Notes under the pieces: generated by a model
What the model saw: the letters and a program-made list of their open reading frames with translations, nothing else
The model's database searches: none
What the model was told of the DNA's origin: nothing
Source: Lama glama
Taxonomy: Eukaryota
Assembly: GCA_028534125.1 (NCBI GenBank)
Contig: CM052816.1
Coordinates: forward strand, 25,484,001-25,548,000
Direction: 5' to 3'
DNA: 64,000 nt
In this document: positions 51,321 through 64,000 of the stretch, piece by piece
How positions within the stretch are numbered: position 1 is the stretch's first letter
Layout of the letters: each line of letters opens with the position of its first letter
Made by a program: the position numbers and the translations under genes

Positions 51321-53182
51321 GTCACTCTGTTAATGATAGATGTGCTGATGACATGTAAAGAGCCCTGGCCCCGTGACGTGGTCTGGCTCCAGCTGTGTAG
51401 GTAGGCTACTTTGAGTCTCCTCCACATTGGCAGTCAGTTGAGTTGAGTATTTTTGTCCTGACCAACCTATCATTTTAATAAAATTGCAAGCATAGCTTCG
51501 TTGTGATTTCATCCAGTTCTAGCATCTGAAATGATTTGATTTAAATGATGCTAGGGTGTTTAAAGCCCAACCACAAGCTAACCAAAGAGTGTTTATTTAA
51601 ACTTGTATGTTCTCGTAGGAATTCCTGGGCAAATCAGGAAACAAGTATAAGTTTGGAAAAAAGAGGAGTTTGTAGACACTGCCCATACAGAAAATTTAAA
51701 ATTCATTTAGCTAATTAATTATTCCTACAACAAAACAGGAATTTGAATAAGGACTCACATAATGTTAATAGAATAAAAACCAACTCACTCTCCATAAAGT
51801 TGGCCAAAAGAGCAAAAATAAAAACAAATTATGAGAATCCTGAAATATTTATTTTTTTCTTTCTTGATAGAAATAATCAGAATTCTACAAAGATCCCAGT
51901 TATACTTCACAAAGTAGAATGTTTGAGGCAGAAAAAAATGACATCTATGAAAGATCATGCAATAGATTGTTTTATTTTTTTAGAGAGCCTTAAAAGTTTA
52001 AGCAAAGTAATGTACACATCTTTTTTCTTCCAACTGCCCGATTATAGCTTTTTACCCAGGCAGCATGCTCCTTATAATGAAATGGATTCCTCACAGCCCT
52101 GTGCCTGCTTCTCCCACATTAGATTCAGACTAAAAACCTGCTTGGAAATTTCTTTTAGTAAATAATATAATTAGGTCAAACACTAAAAGTATAACAAGGC
52201 ATTCCAAATGGGAGCTCTCAGACTGGATGTTCTTACTACTCCAGCTAACAAAGTGTGTTATGTACACGTTTAAAACTTTAGATTCAATTGTCTTCAGCTT
52301 CTATCTTCTAAAGATCACAAGGGAAAAAAGAGACCAAAACAATTCAAAACATGTCAGTCCGAGCACTTTTTTCCATTAATTTTTAAACCCATACATATGG
52401 CAAAGGAAATAAAATCCTTGTGTTTCTGACTCATTTACACTTAACTCACCAAAATGTTCTTTTTAAAAAGAGAACTGACATCCAACAAGTCTTCTGAACC
52501 GTTTTTTCTTTTCCGTATTAGTCCCATCTTGTCAACTCACAGTTCCCAAGGTTCAAGGTTGGTTCACAGCTTTGAACCCATATGCTGAGAATAAGCTTGA
52601 AACTTCACAAAACAAACATGCTTTGCTGTGACCCCCTCTGAGAATAATTCCAGTCAAGCTTTGGGTGTGACATTTTTTCACTTCTGTTTCAATTTTGAGT
52701 TAGAGTGGGAATAAATGATGCAAGTGGGAGGAAAATAAAAACTTTAAAAAGAAGAAAGGAAAGAAAGAGGAAATGACTAATTCGCTTGGGATGTGGTGCA
52801 CAGAAAGAAGTCTGGACTGGAAGTCAGGGGAGCCCCTACAGCTACTCCTCCCAGCTCCAGCACTAGCTAGGGTAGAGCTACGTAAAATGGTCACCTGTCC
52901 ACGTGGGTAACAAAATCCACAATTATAAAAATGAGGGGGTTAGGATTTATAAAGTTGAATGAGATGATTATGATGTTTCCTTCTGCCCCTGACACTTCTA
53001 TTATTTTATGAATTTATCTGTGGACAGTAAAGCATGCCAAGCCACTCTGGGAACTCGGTGATCATGCGAAATGCCCCAGACCAGCTCTTCTCTACCTCTA
53101 AGGCCTCCCCTGCACTCTCCTTTCCCCACGCTGCCCCTGGAACACTTCTTTGACCTCTAGGCTGCTCTGATCCCTACAGCTC

Positions 53183-53257
53183 CATGTTCCTATTGATCCA
53201 CTTCTATTTCATGTTCCTATTGATTCATTTCTATTTCATGTTCCTGTTGACGCACTT
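53183..53257. repeat. 27-bp tandem repeat, ~2.8 copies
   Basis: CATGTTCCTATTGATCCACTTCTATTT / CATGTTCCTATTGATTCATTTCTATTT / CATGTTCCTGTTGACGCACTT. Confidence 0.9.
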
Positions 53258-55069
53258 GTCTGAATCTTGAATCTTCTGCTTTGTTCTACAGTCCATTTTT
53301 GGACATGAATTGGTTCCTTTTGTTCTTGCGTGGGATTTAGGCCAGAACACCGTCTGCAGTTTGCAGTCCCTGTCTTCAGTCACAAACCACCAGGTCCCTG
53401 CATCAAACAGTCTAAAACTCTGTGTGTAAACATCTTGAGAATTGGTTCATATTTAATGGAAGCTTTGTCTAGCTGTGAAACTAGACAATCAAACATTAAG
53501 CCATGATAACTTTTACTCAAGTATTCTGGTCTAAAAACTGATCTAAACTGGGGAAAAAGAAAAAGTCTTTCCAGCCCACTGATGTGAACATAAAGGAGTT
53601 TGTTTGTTTTTTTTAAATAGATACATGTTTAACACACTTTACTTAAATGGAAATAAAATCACTGGTTCATCAAAAATTCTGAAGAATATTCTTTGTCCTT
53701 TTTCTTGGATAAATTAGCCTATTGGCTTCTACACAATGTTTGGTACACATGGGCCAATGTGGAGCTATGTGTGCTGACCTTTAAGTTTTTTCACTTAAGA
53801 AACATAGAGTAAATCAGATCTATATTATAAATCATCTGACTAAGCATCTTCACATTCTAGAGACTCTATTCATGCTTGTGATTTTTTTTTGTCTCATGTT
53901 TATCACTTTAAAGATTTTGTAACCATGTGTGTGGAAAGTAGTTTGCCAAGTTTCAAACCCTTTGGAATTTCCTTATTTCTCCAGTTGAAATCAGACTTAA
54001 GCTCTTCCAGGTTCTGTTTACTGCTGGCTAATGATGATTTCCTTATCCAAATGGAGGAAAGACTTTTGAACATATATTAAAATGTGTGTATGGTTTCTGA
54101 GACATCAAATAGCTGGAATAACAAGTCAACATTTTGATGAGTTAAGTGTAAATTAACTAAAAACACATGAACTAAATTCCCCTTGAAGCACAGATGGTTT
54201 GAGAAACCTAGAAGTGCTTGGAAAAAAATATGGCTTCTATTTTCATAAACCACGAAAGTATGAAATAGTGGTTGAAGATTAATTTCCATCTCTTTCCAGT
54301 TGTTGCTTTAGAGTTTTAATAGATTATATCCTTGTTTGGTTGTTTGTTTTTAACCTGGATTGTCCAAGGAATGGAAGTTCTGTCTTCTTCCTTCTTCCTT
54401 TCTTTTCTTTCTTACTCAAGGATGACTGGGCAACAAGGGTAAGAAACCCATCTTTGAAGAGTAGAGAGCACTAATCTGATAAATACCAAGACACTAGCCA
54501 GCCATGTTTACTGATGGATGAAATATTGGAAGTACAGACAAACCTGTATGGGGATCTGCTCCAGCCTATTTCCTTGGCTTTGGCAGAGATATATTTTTGT
54601 ACTGTTAGGATGCTAAGTGTTGACCCACTAGTGTAGACTTAGAAATGTGATGTGACCTGTCTTCCACCTGCTGTGATTCTGGCCCCTAGGCTTCCATTGG
54701 ATCAGGCAAAAGGAAGCCCGTGGGTAATAAAGTGAGCTCGGGGATGTGACACTGGTGTTGAGGCTGATGCCCAGTTAATAATGAGGTGACATTTTCCTTG
54801 GCCTTCTTTGAACATATCTTTCTTCCAGGAGCCTCATGGGAAGTAGGGATACCGAGATCAAGACAAGATTCTAGGTCTCTGAATGAAAAAAAGTCAATAT
54901 ATTACTAAGCATCATCTAACACCACCTTATTATTATTATTTTGGATACTTAATTGTACTAATAGTCAAAGTAGATCTTTTAAAAAAATAATTAAACTTCC
55001 TATGACAGTAGAAAGATCTTTTCTATAAAACTTGCTCATCCAACTGTATATTTTTTCATTTCCTACATT

Positions 55070-55720
55070 CTTTATTCACTTTTTAAAATTATAAAAGTAA
55101 TTCATACATGTTTACCATGGTGTATAAGTTTTAAAGGAAAAACATAATCACATCACCATGTCATATCACTATTAATAATCATATCATTATTGATATAAGG
55201 AATTTTGATAGGCTTATGTATAATTTCAAACCTGCTTTCATGTGTATATGTATGAGTAGCTTTTTGTTTTTCTCAGAAAAAATAAGTTCATACTATATCA
55301 CATGATTTCTCAACCTGTTATATTCATTCGAGTCTATTCTGAAAATCCATCTAGTTCAGTAGCTATAGCTCAAACATATCTTTTTAAGTAACAATTTAAT
55401 ATTCCATATCATTATTTCCTGTGCTATGTTCAATTATTACATAATTGATGGACCTTCTGGTCATTTCCAGGTTTCTGCCAACCTTAAGAGTTTTGCTATA
55501 CAAATCTTTGCACATATGTCCTTGAATTCTAGGGTTTTGATCTATGCAGAATTAGTGCTCAAAAATGGGATTGCTCAGCCAACTAGTGGATGTGTTAAAC
55601 TTGTAAAAGGTATAACTACATTACTTTACAAAAAGGAATGTAGAAATGTGAGACTGTTCATTTCTCCATATTCTGTTTTTAAATTTTGCACATTTAGTGA
55701 ATGAAAATAGCCATTAGTTT
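55070..55720 (-). mobile_element. Old L1ME 3' fragment
   Basis: aattataaaagtaattcat, ttgatggaccttctggtcatttccag, aaatgggattgct. Confidence 0.55.
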
Positions 55721-56789
55721 TCCTGAGTGATTTTCTATTTCATTAATTTCAGTTTTGTACTGCTAAATTTTTAGAAGAATTTATTTCTGTGATTTAAAGT
55801 AATGCTAATAATGATACATTTTGTAAAGAGAAAAGAACACTGCTCATGAAAATTTAACATACATCAAAATAGAATGAAGTAGGTCATGTGTTGACATGGG
55901 AAGTTGTCCTTCACAAACTAAGTAATAAAACCAAGATGCAAAACGAAATGAATAATAGAAATTTTAGTATATATATATAAAAAACAGCAAATAAAAAATT
56001 TCTTGTGGGTAAATTCTGAAACCTTGTTCACCAGAGTAACAGTACTGTTTCCAGGTACCCTCTCTGGAGGGGTGGATTTTTACATTTTATGCAAAAGACA
56101 CATTTGTGTGTCAATTTGTGTGAGTGTCTATTACTTTATACCTAAAAAAATGATATAAAATGGCTGATAAAAAGGAGCTAGTTGCAGTATGGCTACTGTT
56201 TTCCCTAAGCAATAAAACCTCCATTTTCTTACCATGGCCAGTATTAGTACGTTGTACTGAATTTGACCTTGTTTCCTAAAAACTGTCAACTCTCAAGCTA
56301 ATATTCTCTGGAGAGGATTAATGTCTGTGCTAAATTCTTCTGGTTACTTAGTCCCTGACTCAATCTAATTAAGAGCAACTACTATAAGTCACATTACCCG
56401 GGTAAGAAAATCAGCAACAGGAACACACTCCCAAGTGGAAGGATTATATCTGTTAAAACGGTGTTTCAATTACCAAGTTGCTGTTCTCTTAAACGTCACT
56501 TTAGACGTTGATATTTGTCAGACCATTCTGACGACTTTTGACATGAGCCATGCTCAGTATTTAGCAATGACAAAAATGTATGAGACTAATTTTCAACTTG
56601 GTTCTGTGGTATAATTTTATTCTTTGAGGACATTGCTGTCATTTGTAATTTTTCTTTTGGGATGAAGTATGACTTGCTCTAGTTAATTAGGTTTTAATCA
56701 TTTGCGTTCAAAATGCAATATTGTGAACAAAACCAAGATTATCCTTTAATTAATTACTGAAATATTTAAAGTTATATTGTCTTGGTAAG

Positions 56790-58050
56790 TGAATATACAA
56801 ACTGATCAGTAAAATGAATAGAAATAAACAAACATATTATATAATGATACATTACATCTCTCTACCTTACAATGTATATCATAAAATTCCCATTTCAAAT
56901 AGGTGAAAAAAATTGATTATTTAATTAGTGGTAACCATCTGGAAAAAAGTTCAATTTCTACCTCTCATGTTGCACTAAAATAAATTCCAGGTGGAACAAA
57001 CATTTTAATATAAAAAATGAAATTACAGAAGTACCAATAGCATAGGAAAATTATTTTCATAGTTTTAAAAGAGGCTTTTCTGAGATTCACAAAACTAAGA
57101 AACAGCAAAACAGAATTAATTAGACAACATAATAAGAAATTTCTGTATATCAAAATACGCTATACACAAGCTGAAGACAAATGACAAAATAATTTTTAAA
57201 ATACTGAAACATCACATTCTGAATTAAGAGCCCATATTCTCAATTCATAAAGAGCTTCTAAGAATCAACACAACCAACAAATTGATTTTAAAGTGGAAAA
57301 AAGGTAAAAAACAAATGAAAATTTTAAAAACTCTTAACTAAAACTTACACAGCCTTCAGCCTTACTCAAAACAAGAGAAATACAAATTAAAGCTTCAAGA
57401 CACCATTTGCTACGTCTTACTGCCAAAGATCAAGTTCATCCAACCTGTTGGTAAAGGCAAAGGGGAACAGACAAACCCATGTATGTCGCCAAGGCTGTAA
57501 GTCGGAACAGTTCTATTGTGAAGAATCTGGCCGTATCTATGATGATTAAAAATTATATTTGATCCAGCATTCTACTTCTAGGAATTCATTCTGCAGATTA
57601 ACCTGCACATATTCAAAATGCAATATTTTGAAGAGTATTCATTTCAACAATGTTTTGTAAGAAAAAAAAAAATACTAAACCAAACTGAGAGGGCAGGGTG
57701 GGGGCGGGGTCTGGTTAAATAAATTATGTTACTTTCTTACATTCCAATACTATGCAGCCATTGAGAAATATGACCAAGCTCTCTAGATACTGTTATGTAT
57801 TAATAAGGATACATTAAGTAAAAAATGGAAGATACAGAACAGTGTGCATAGTATACCACAAATTGTTTTAAAAAGAAAAAAGTACATATACGTAAGTGTA
57901 TAGGCACAGAATACTTCTGGGACTGTAGATGTGAGACCTGGAGTCAGTGATTATCTCTGTGGAAAGCAGCTGAGTGCCTAGAGGACGCAGGTAGGACTAA
58001 GACTTGATTTTTACCATCTACCTTTGTTATATTTTGAACTGTGTCTTTCC
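56790..58050 (+). mobile_element. Old L1ME fragment (end of ORF2 + 3'UTR)
   Basis: aaaataaattccaggtgga, aagagaaatacaaattaaa, tttgatccagcattctacttctaggaatt, ctggttaaataaattatg, aatactatgcagcc, acagaacagtgtgcatagtat. Confidence 0.8.
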
Positions 58051-61000
58051 CCAGTGAAGTATTCAAAGAAGGGTCCTTGTTCCTATTCAAGGGTCCTCCC
58101 TGCCACTCGTATTTCCCAAGTGACTAGATGCAGGCAAATAAGCTTTGCTAAGTACTGAAATATTCCTTCTGCGTATTAAGCGCTAAGGAAACTGAAATCA
58201 CAGTTTTACTGTCATGCATATCATGGAGACTATGGGAGAATGTGAAGTAAGGGAAATTCCTATATGACAGAAAGGAAAATAAGAAAGAAATTCCAGGGCT
58301 TGGGGAAGAGCTAAGGAGAAGAAAACAATAAAGAATGACATTCAGGGGTGAATGTCCTCTATGAGCTTGGGGTCACAACCCTAAGGGAATGAACAGAAAC
58401 ATCCAGACACAATCGAGGGAATTCCAGGGTGGATTTTCTTGTTTGCTTGGGTTTAGTTTGGTTTGGTTTGGTTTGATTCATTTCTTCGGGCACTGTCTGA
58501 GAAAATTTCATACCTCTTAGGAAGATCCCATGTTCATCAGAGCACCTGAACAGGGATATATCTAAGCAGGTAGGCCTAACAAAGCAACTCCAGTACCTCC
58601 TTGCCTTTCATGGTGTGTTCAGGGTCCAGAGCTTCCTACCTACTTTGACGGGAGGACAGAAAAGTACAGAGTAAACTTGTGAACCTAAATAGGATTGAGG
58701 TAGAGTCCAACAGGACAGGAATCTATGACCAGACTCAATAGCAGGGACTATGAACTCAGAAGTAGATGCCAGTGCCATACCAAAGGGACCCAGCAGGACT
58801 GGTCACCCACAGGATATCCAGCCCAGCCACTGTGCCATGGGGACCAGTGGGGAACCAGAGGACAGCTTGTCACATAGACCTTCCTCCTGCTTTCAGGAGA
58901 ACACTTGCAAAGGCAGGCTTTCAAGGATGTTATTTTGCTAAAGACTATAAAGTGTATCTTGTCACTCCATGGTAAACGATGACTTCCATTTTTGTAGGTG
59001 GGATTCGTCCTCACCTTAAAGCAGTGAATAGCTTGATACAATGAATAGGAAATCAGAAGATATAATTTATGGGGACTGTAAAATACACTAGGTTAATATA
59101 TCATTCCTCATGCATCAGTGTATTGTTTGTTTATTTGTCTATTGTGAATCACCTAAAGTCCTGCTAGGCATAAGTAGTTATATGGATATATTTTGACTGT
59201 TAATATTGTAAAAATCAATTTTTTTGGTCAAGAGCTAAAATATATTGCATATATACAAATGAGAATTATATATTTTCCTAAATATTTGATAGGTGCAAAC
59301 TGCATAGGAAGCATCAATACTTGCTATTTGTTGCGATCCACTTCTCTCTGACCTTGAACATGCAGCCAAGACGCTAAGAAAATCTCCATTTTTAGCTGCA
59401 ACTGCTCTGAAAGCATCAACATGTCATTTAAGCAAAGCAAGGGCAAACTGTGTGTGTATGTGTGCGTAAAAGTTATATATCTAATAGCCACAAAAAAGTC
59501 TTCAGGTAAAGCAGCAATCAACTATTTATAGTGCTTTCAAGTCTATTTCCAAATATACTATGAATATTCTTGAAAGCCCCCGAAGTATTTCTTGCCTTGT
59601 ATATTCATCAAAGTGCTGGAAAATTACACAAGAGCAATCAGATAAGGCAGTTAATACGGCTGGCACCAACGTGACTGCTTTACTCCTCCCTCTATGATTA
59701 ATTACAACTAAATTGATGTTACCAGCAATGATTAATTCACAACTTAGGTGCAAAGTAAATGAACTAACCAAATTGGAATTGGCACTAACAATTTCTTAAG
59801 CCTCAGCAAAGCACCCAAATCATGATAAGCTATTATGCACAGAATAATTTCTCCCGCAAAATGGTTAAAATGCATAGTGGTAGGCTTTAGTTTATTTATA
59901 TACATAGGTTTATTTTCTTATATCTTCTGAAGCAAAGTTCAGATGCAAAAAAAAAAACTGACATGTTTTTTGCTTAGATATATCACAAGCGTGGGGAGAC
60001 AAATGCCTCAAGTCTCATTTACTCAGAATAAATGCAAAATGTTTTCTTCCATTCTGGTCTTTTAGTATTAGCTTTAAGACCTTACACTGGGTTGTATGTA
60101 GACACAAACCCACACTTGGCCCAGTTGTATGTATTCTGAGCCACTTTTCTCCTCCTAAGAATGAAGAGAATTTTAACTATTCTGCAGAGCTTTTAAACAA
60201 AATAATACCTTAGAAGCCCTGGCACAGAGCAGGCTTCCTGTAAGATTGCCCACTACAGTTTCTTGTGGGTTCTCCTGAACAAGGAAGGAGTAGTCTAATA
60301 GTCTAATAAAGGCTCCCCATGCCGGCCAAAGCACCTTTCTGTTCACTTCTATATCCAAGTGCATTAGGAGAATAAAAGCCTACGGGAAGCCATTATTTCC
60401 CCCAAATAAGTTCAGATAACAAGAAAATGTATTTATGATGAATGACTGTGTAATCAAACAGCGTTGAGACAGTAGCTTGCAACTATGTAATCTCTTAGCA
60501 GAGGGAAGATTAAATTTCATTCAATCAGATATTCTTAAGAAACACAAAAACATAATTACTAGAGCCATTAAAATTCAGCTAGTCAGAACACATGCTTTTG
60601 CGATTAGAACCCTGGGAGAAACTGATTGAAGCATGGAGAGGCAGGGTAGGAACCAGAACTAGTCTCTGGTCTGAAAACTTCTCCCTTGTTTGCCTAAAAT
60701 CATAATGTGTGTTCTCAGCCTGCAAAATATACGAAATTCCCAAATAACATCATTTAACCTAATTGAATGAGTTTTTATGTTTCAAGCAATATTTCTCCAA
60801 AAGACATATAACTTGACTGAATGGAATAACTAGATAAGCTTCTCCAAAGCTCTTTACTTTACATTTCTTAGAGCAAAGACCATATTTCAATAATTTATTT
60901 ATTTTTAAACACTTAGAAGAGTGTCACCTGGCATGGAAGAGTTGCTCAATGATTATTTGTAGCATAAATATATATTCTTTTCTTTAAGATTCAGCATTTT

Positions 61001-61712
61001 TGGACAACTGATGGGTAAGAATAAAGAATGTTTTTAAAAGAATATGAAAACTATCTTTATCATTTTTAATTAAACTTTGACCAGATTTTTTCACTACAGA
61101 GTCACACATACATCTTAATTAAGGGACAAAAAATATAATTAGTGTCTATTATCTTTGTCGGGGGGACAATTTAAATTCTTGCTGGTTCTTTTCAGTTGAC
61201 ATCTTTTACACGTTTGAAAAGATCTATTTTGATCATTATAAAGAAAATTACTAGGTTGGCTTCAGACCTTAAGTTTGATTCTAAAACAACAGAAATGCAT
61301 TGATGAGAGCTGAAGTAAAGCAACTAAAATAAATATTTTTTTTAATTTATTGCAATGAGTGGGGTTACCCAGTGGAAAAGTGAGCAAAGATAATAGAAAA
61401 GAGAATTGTCCACAGAATGTGAAAATATTAACACATGAACTATCTATCTCCTTATTTCCCTGAAACAAACACAGTCTTGAACAAGGACTTATTGATATTA
61501 AACCTGACCTTAACCTCTCCACTGCTGGGGTAGTGCTCTTCTCACCTCTTTTCTTGTCACATTTTGCCCATTCTCAGGAGCTCTTCTTCTGCTGCCCACC
61601 TCCTCACATACATAAAACCTTCGAGGATTGACACACTCTTTCCAGCTGTTTTTGAAACTCTTATGTTTTTAAGTTCAAAGCAAAGAATTGGACCTTTGCT
61701 TCTATAGCTCGG

Positions 61713-61713
<1 letters not shown>

Positions 61714-61753
<40 letters not shown>
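61714..61753. repeat. (TA)20 microsatellite
   Basis: Perfect TA run read directly. Confidence 0.98.
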
Positions 61754-61757
<4 letters not shown>

Positions 61758-61944
61758 AATATCTTGCTTCAGTTTAAGAGAAACAACCTTCTGAACAAGA
61801 AGAGTCTTGTTCCTTTTATCTTAAACCACTGAGACTGGCTCCTAATTCGATTTCCTTCACAACCAAATATGTGTGGTTGTGTCCTCCAGAAATACAATGA
61901 ACAAGAGTCAGTGCATACTTTTAGGGAATTTAAAATCTGGTGAG

Positions 61945-61948
<4 letters not shown>

Positions 61949-61988
<40 letters not shown>
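61949..61988. repeat. (TG)20 microsatellite
   Basis: Perfect TG run read directly. Confidence 0.98.
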
Positions 61989-61991
<3 letters not shown>

Positions 61992-64000
61992 TTACATATG
62001 TGAATAGAAAGGTGTAACAAGTTTCATATTAGATGCACAAACATGTTGGTCCTTTCGGCTCTTCAGGTAGTAAACTGAGTAACAGGCATAGACCCAAAAG
62101 TTTAAAATCTAGTTCCTAATCTGGTATTTATTTTTGAAATGTATTGAGAGGCTTCCTTTTTAAAATTACACACAAGATTATGTTTTTGTTACTTACACAG
62201 CATGGTAGGTAATACCACTTTTAAGACTTAAGAGAAAAACTTAAAGTGGGAGAGTATTACACAAATCAAATACTGTAAGTGAGTGGTACATCTTATATCA
62301 CATAACTAATATGATTGGGGAAGAGAGTAGGTTCAATGTTTTAAATCTATTTTGCGGCACATGTGTTTGTGTGGCCATATTTATGCAAAACTCATTTATT
62401 TCATTCTTTGGGTGCTTAGTTTTTTCTAATACCCTCATAATTTGGGGAAATAAGTGAAGCTGAAAATTAAGTAAACTAATAATCTTTGTTTCCTTTTTTT
62501 ATATACTATTGTGATACCATTATCTTCTGATATGAAATTTATTAATTTTTAATTATAAAAATTTTGTAAGTCAGTGGTAGATGTTTTTTGTCAGGAAAAG
62601 GTCAACGCTCTTAGTCTTGTCAATGCAATGAGGTTGACAGTTGACACCACTCTTCCTTTTGAGTATATCATAATTTATGCATCTCCTGGACACCTGACTG
62701 GTTTAGGTGGACATTTTTCCATCTGTACTTGAGCTTTCTGCCATCTTAATTTCCAAGCCTAGTATTTAGAGACATTTCCTTTCATTTTTCTGCTACTTTC
62801 TCTGATTTTCAAATCCTTGGGTGTTTTTTCCCTTTCTGGTGCTAAGCTTCAGTTCCTGAGAGAAAAAGCAGGGATTACTCACTGTCATGGTGCACTGAAT
62901 GCCAGCAACAGCCAGGACACTTAATTATCTCAAATAGTCATTGCATAGATTCACAAAATCATCCTCTTGTCACATTATTATTACATGATCCCCAAATGAG
63001 ACCATAATATTTATTTTATTTTTCTTTTTGATATATCTAAAAATAGGGCAGGCAATTACTAAAGGAGAAATTAAGAGTCTAAAGATTTTAGAAGACAAGT
63101 CCTTATTTCCCATTTAGTATTGCTTGGGCAGTTTGTATGTTTGCTTCCTTTCAGTTTATTTTCTTAACAATCTATGATAAACTCTCCCATACTCATTTTG
63201 GTTCTAATTTCTTAAGGTATTTTATTTGATGTTATATATGATATTGTAGAACTCATCCAAGTATGAACTTTCAGAGCAATTTTCCATAATTTTACCAAAA
63301 TAGTCCCTACAATCAGAATAAATAAAACTACACACAGTTTTATTTATTCATGGTACTTAAGGATTTACCAGCTATCTGTAAACTCCAACCCACTACATTA
63401 TTTATAAATATATATATATATACTGATTAGTTCTTATAGTTCTAGGATCTGTTCTTTCTTCATTTGCAATTCATTTTTATATAATCAACCTATTTACTAT
63501 GACCATAGAGTCAGTTTAATCCTTTTTTAATATAATTGAGAGCCAAGTCTTTAGAAGTAAGAAAGAAAGAAATGGTCTTCTCTTCCCTTTCTTCTCTTAC
63601 TAACCTGCCAAAAAGGTCTGTATTTAGGATCCTAGGATAATATCTTGGTTTTAACTCCATAAGGATGTTATGCTCAGATTGTTCTTGTCTGATTGCTCCA
63701 TCTAGCCTTTCACATGTAATAGTAAATTGGTGCTACATCCCCCATTAATGGTCTTCAGATGGATTTGACTCATTTTTTTGAAGAGTCTCATTAGGAGACA
63801 ATCATACTTTCCTTTGGTAAAAAAGAACCAATCTCATTTTCCAGTTCAGTTCAGAAGATTTGGCTTTCCCATCCAAAAAGGCTTTCATGGACAAGAGTTT
63901 TATCTGGAATAGCAAACTATTTCTGCCCAGAGACTAGGAAATAGTCATTAAAAGGTACTAGACTTTCAAAGTATGTTGAATTACTAATAAATTCACTGAC

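Noticed and set aside
51743..52165. 140-aa ORF
   Set aside because: TTG start, K/N/F/I-biased composition from A/T runs, no recognisable homology.
53183..53257. CRISPR-like array
   Set aside because: Contiguous 27-bp tandem units without spacers, in mammalian DNA.
58200..58950. Purine-rich LTR-like stretch (similar ones at ~33660-34150, ~44760-45300, ~25950-26510)
   Set aside because: Probably very old LTR relics, but I could not identify termini, TSDs or a family, so they are not annotated.

Overview
AT-rich, CpG-depleted placental-mammal genomic DNA, intergenic or deep-intronic. I found no recognisable protein-coding exon, RNA gene, CpG island or prokaryotic feature. The only ORF-track entries with recognisable protein similarity are decayed LINE-1 ORF2 pieces (444-746, 4638-5096/4691-4900, 21805-22432). 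A large part of the window is interspersed repeat: one relatively young 5'-truncated L1 with target-site duplication (TSD), older L1M fragments, three ERV1-type solo LTRs, MaLR (MLT1) and ERVL (MLT2) LTRs, hAT elements (MER58, MER63, MER5), MIR and L2 relics, and a single tRNA-Ala-derived SINE. That SINE, with no visible Alu/B1/Bov-tA/PRE-1/SINEC elements, points tentatively to a camelid. Repeat family names are from memory of consensus sequences, and boundaries without a TSD are approximate. The most notable unexplained structures are an exact 33-bp ectopic copy (9109-9141 = 10689-10721), an old ~120-bp non-tandem duplication (45390-45511 / 46788-46910), two template-switch-like fold-backs, a candidate in-frame 18-nt microexon, a hairpin cluster near 50.1 kb and several repeat-free enhancer-like blocks. 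I cannot support a claim of a new biological system in this window; the findings are modest, testable leads.
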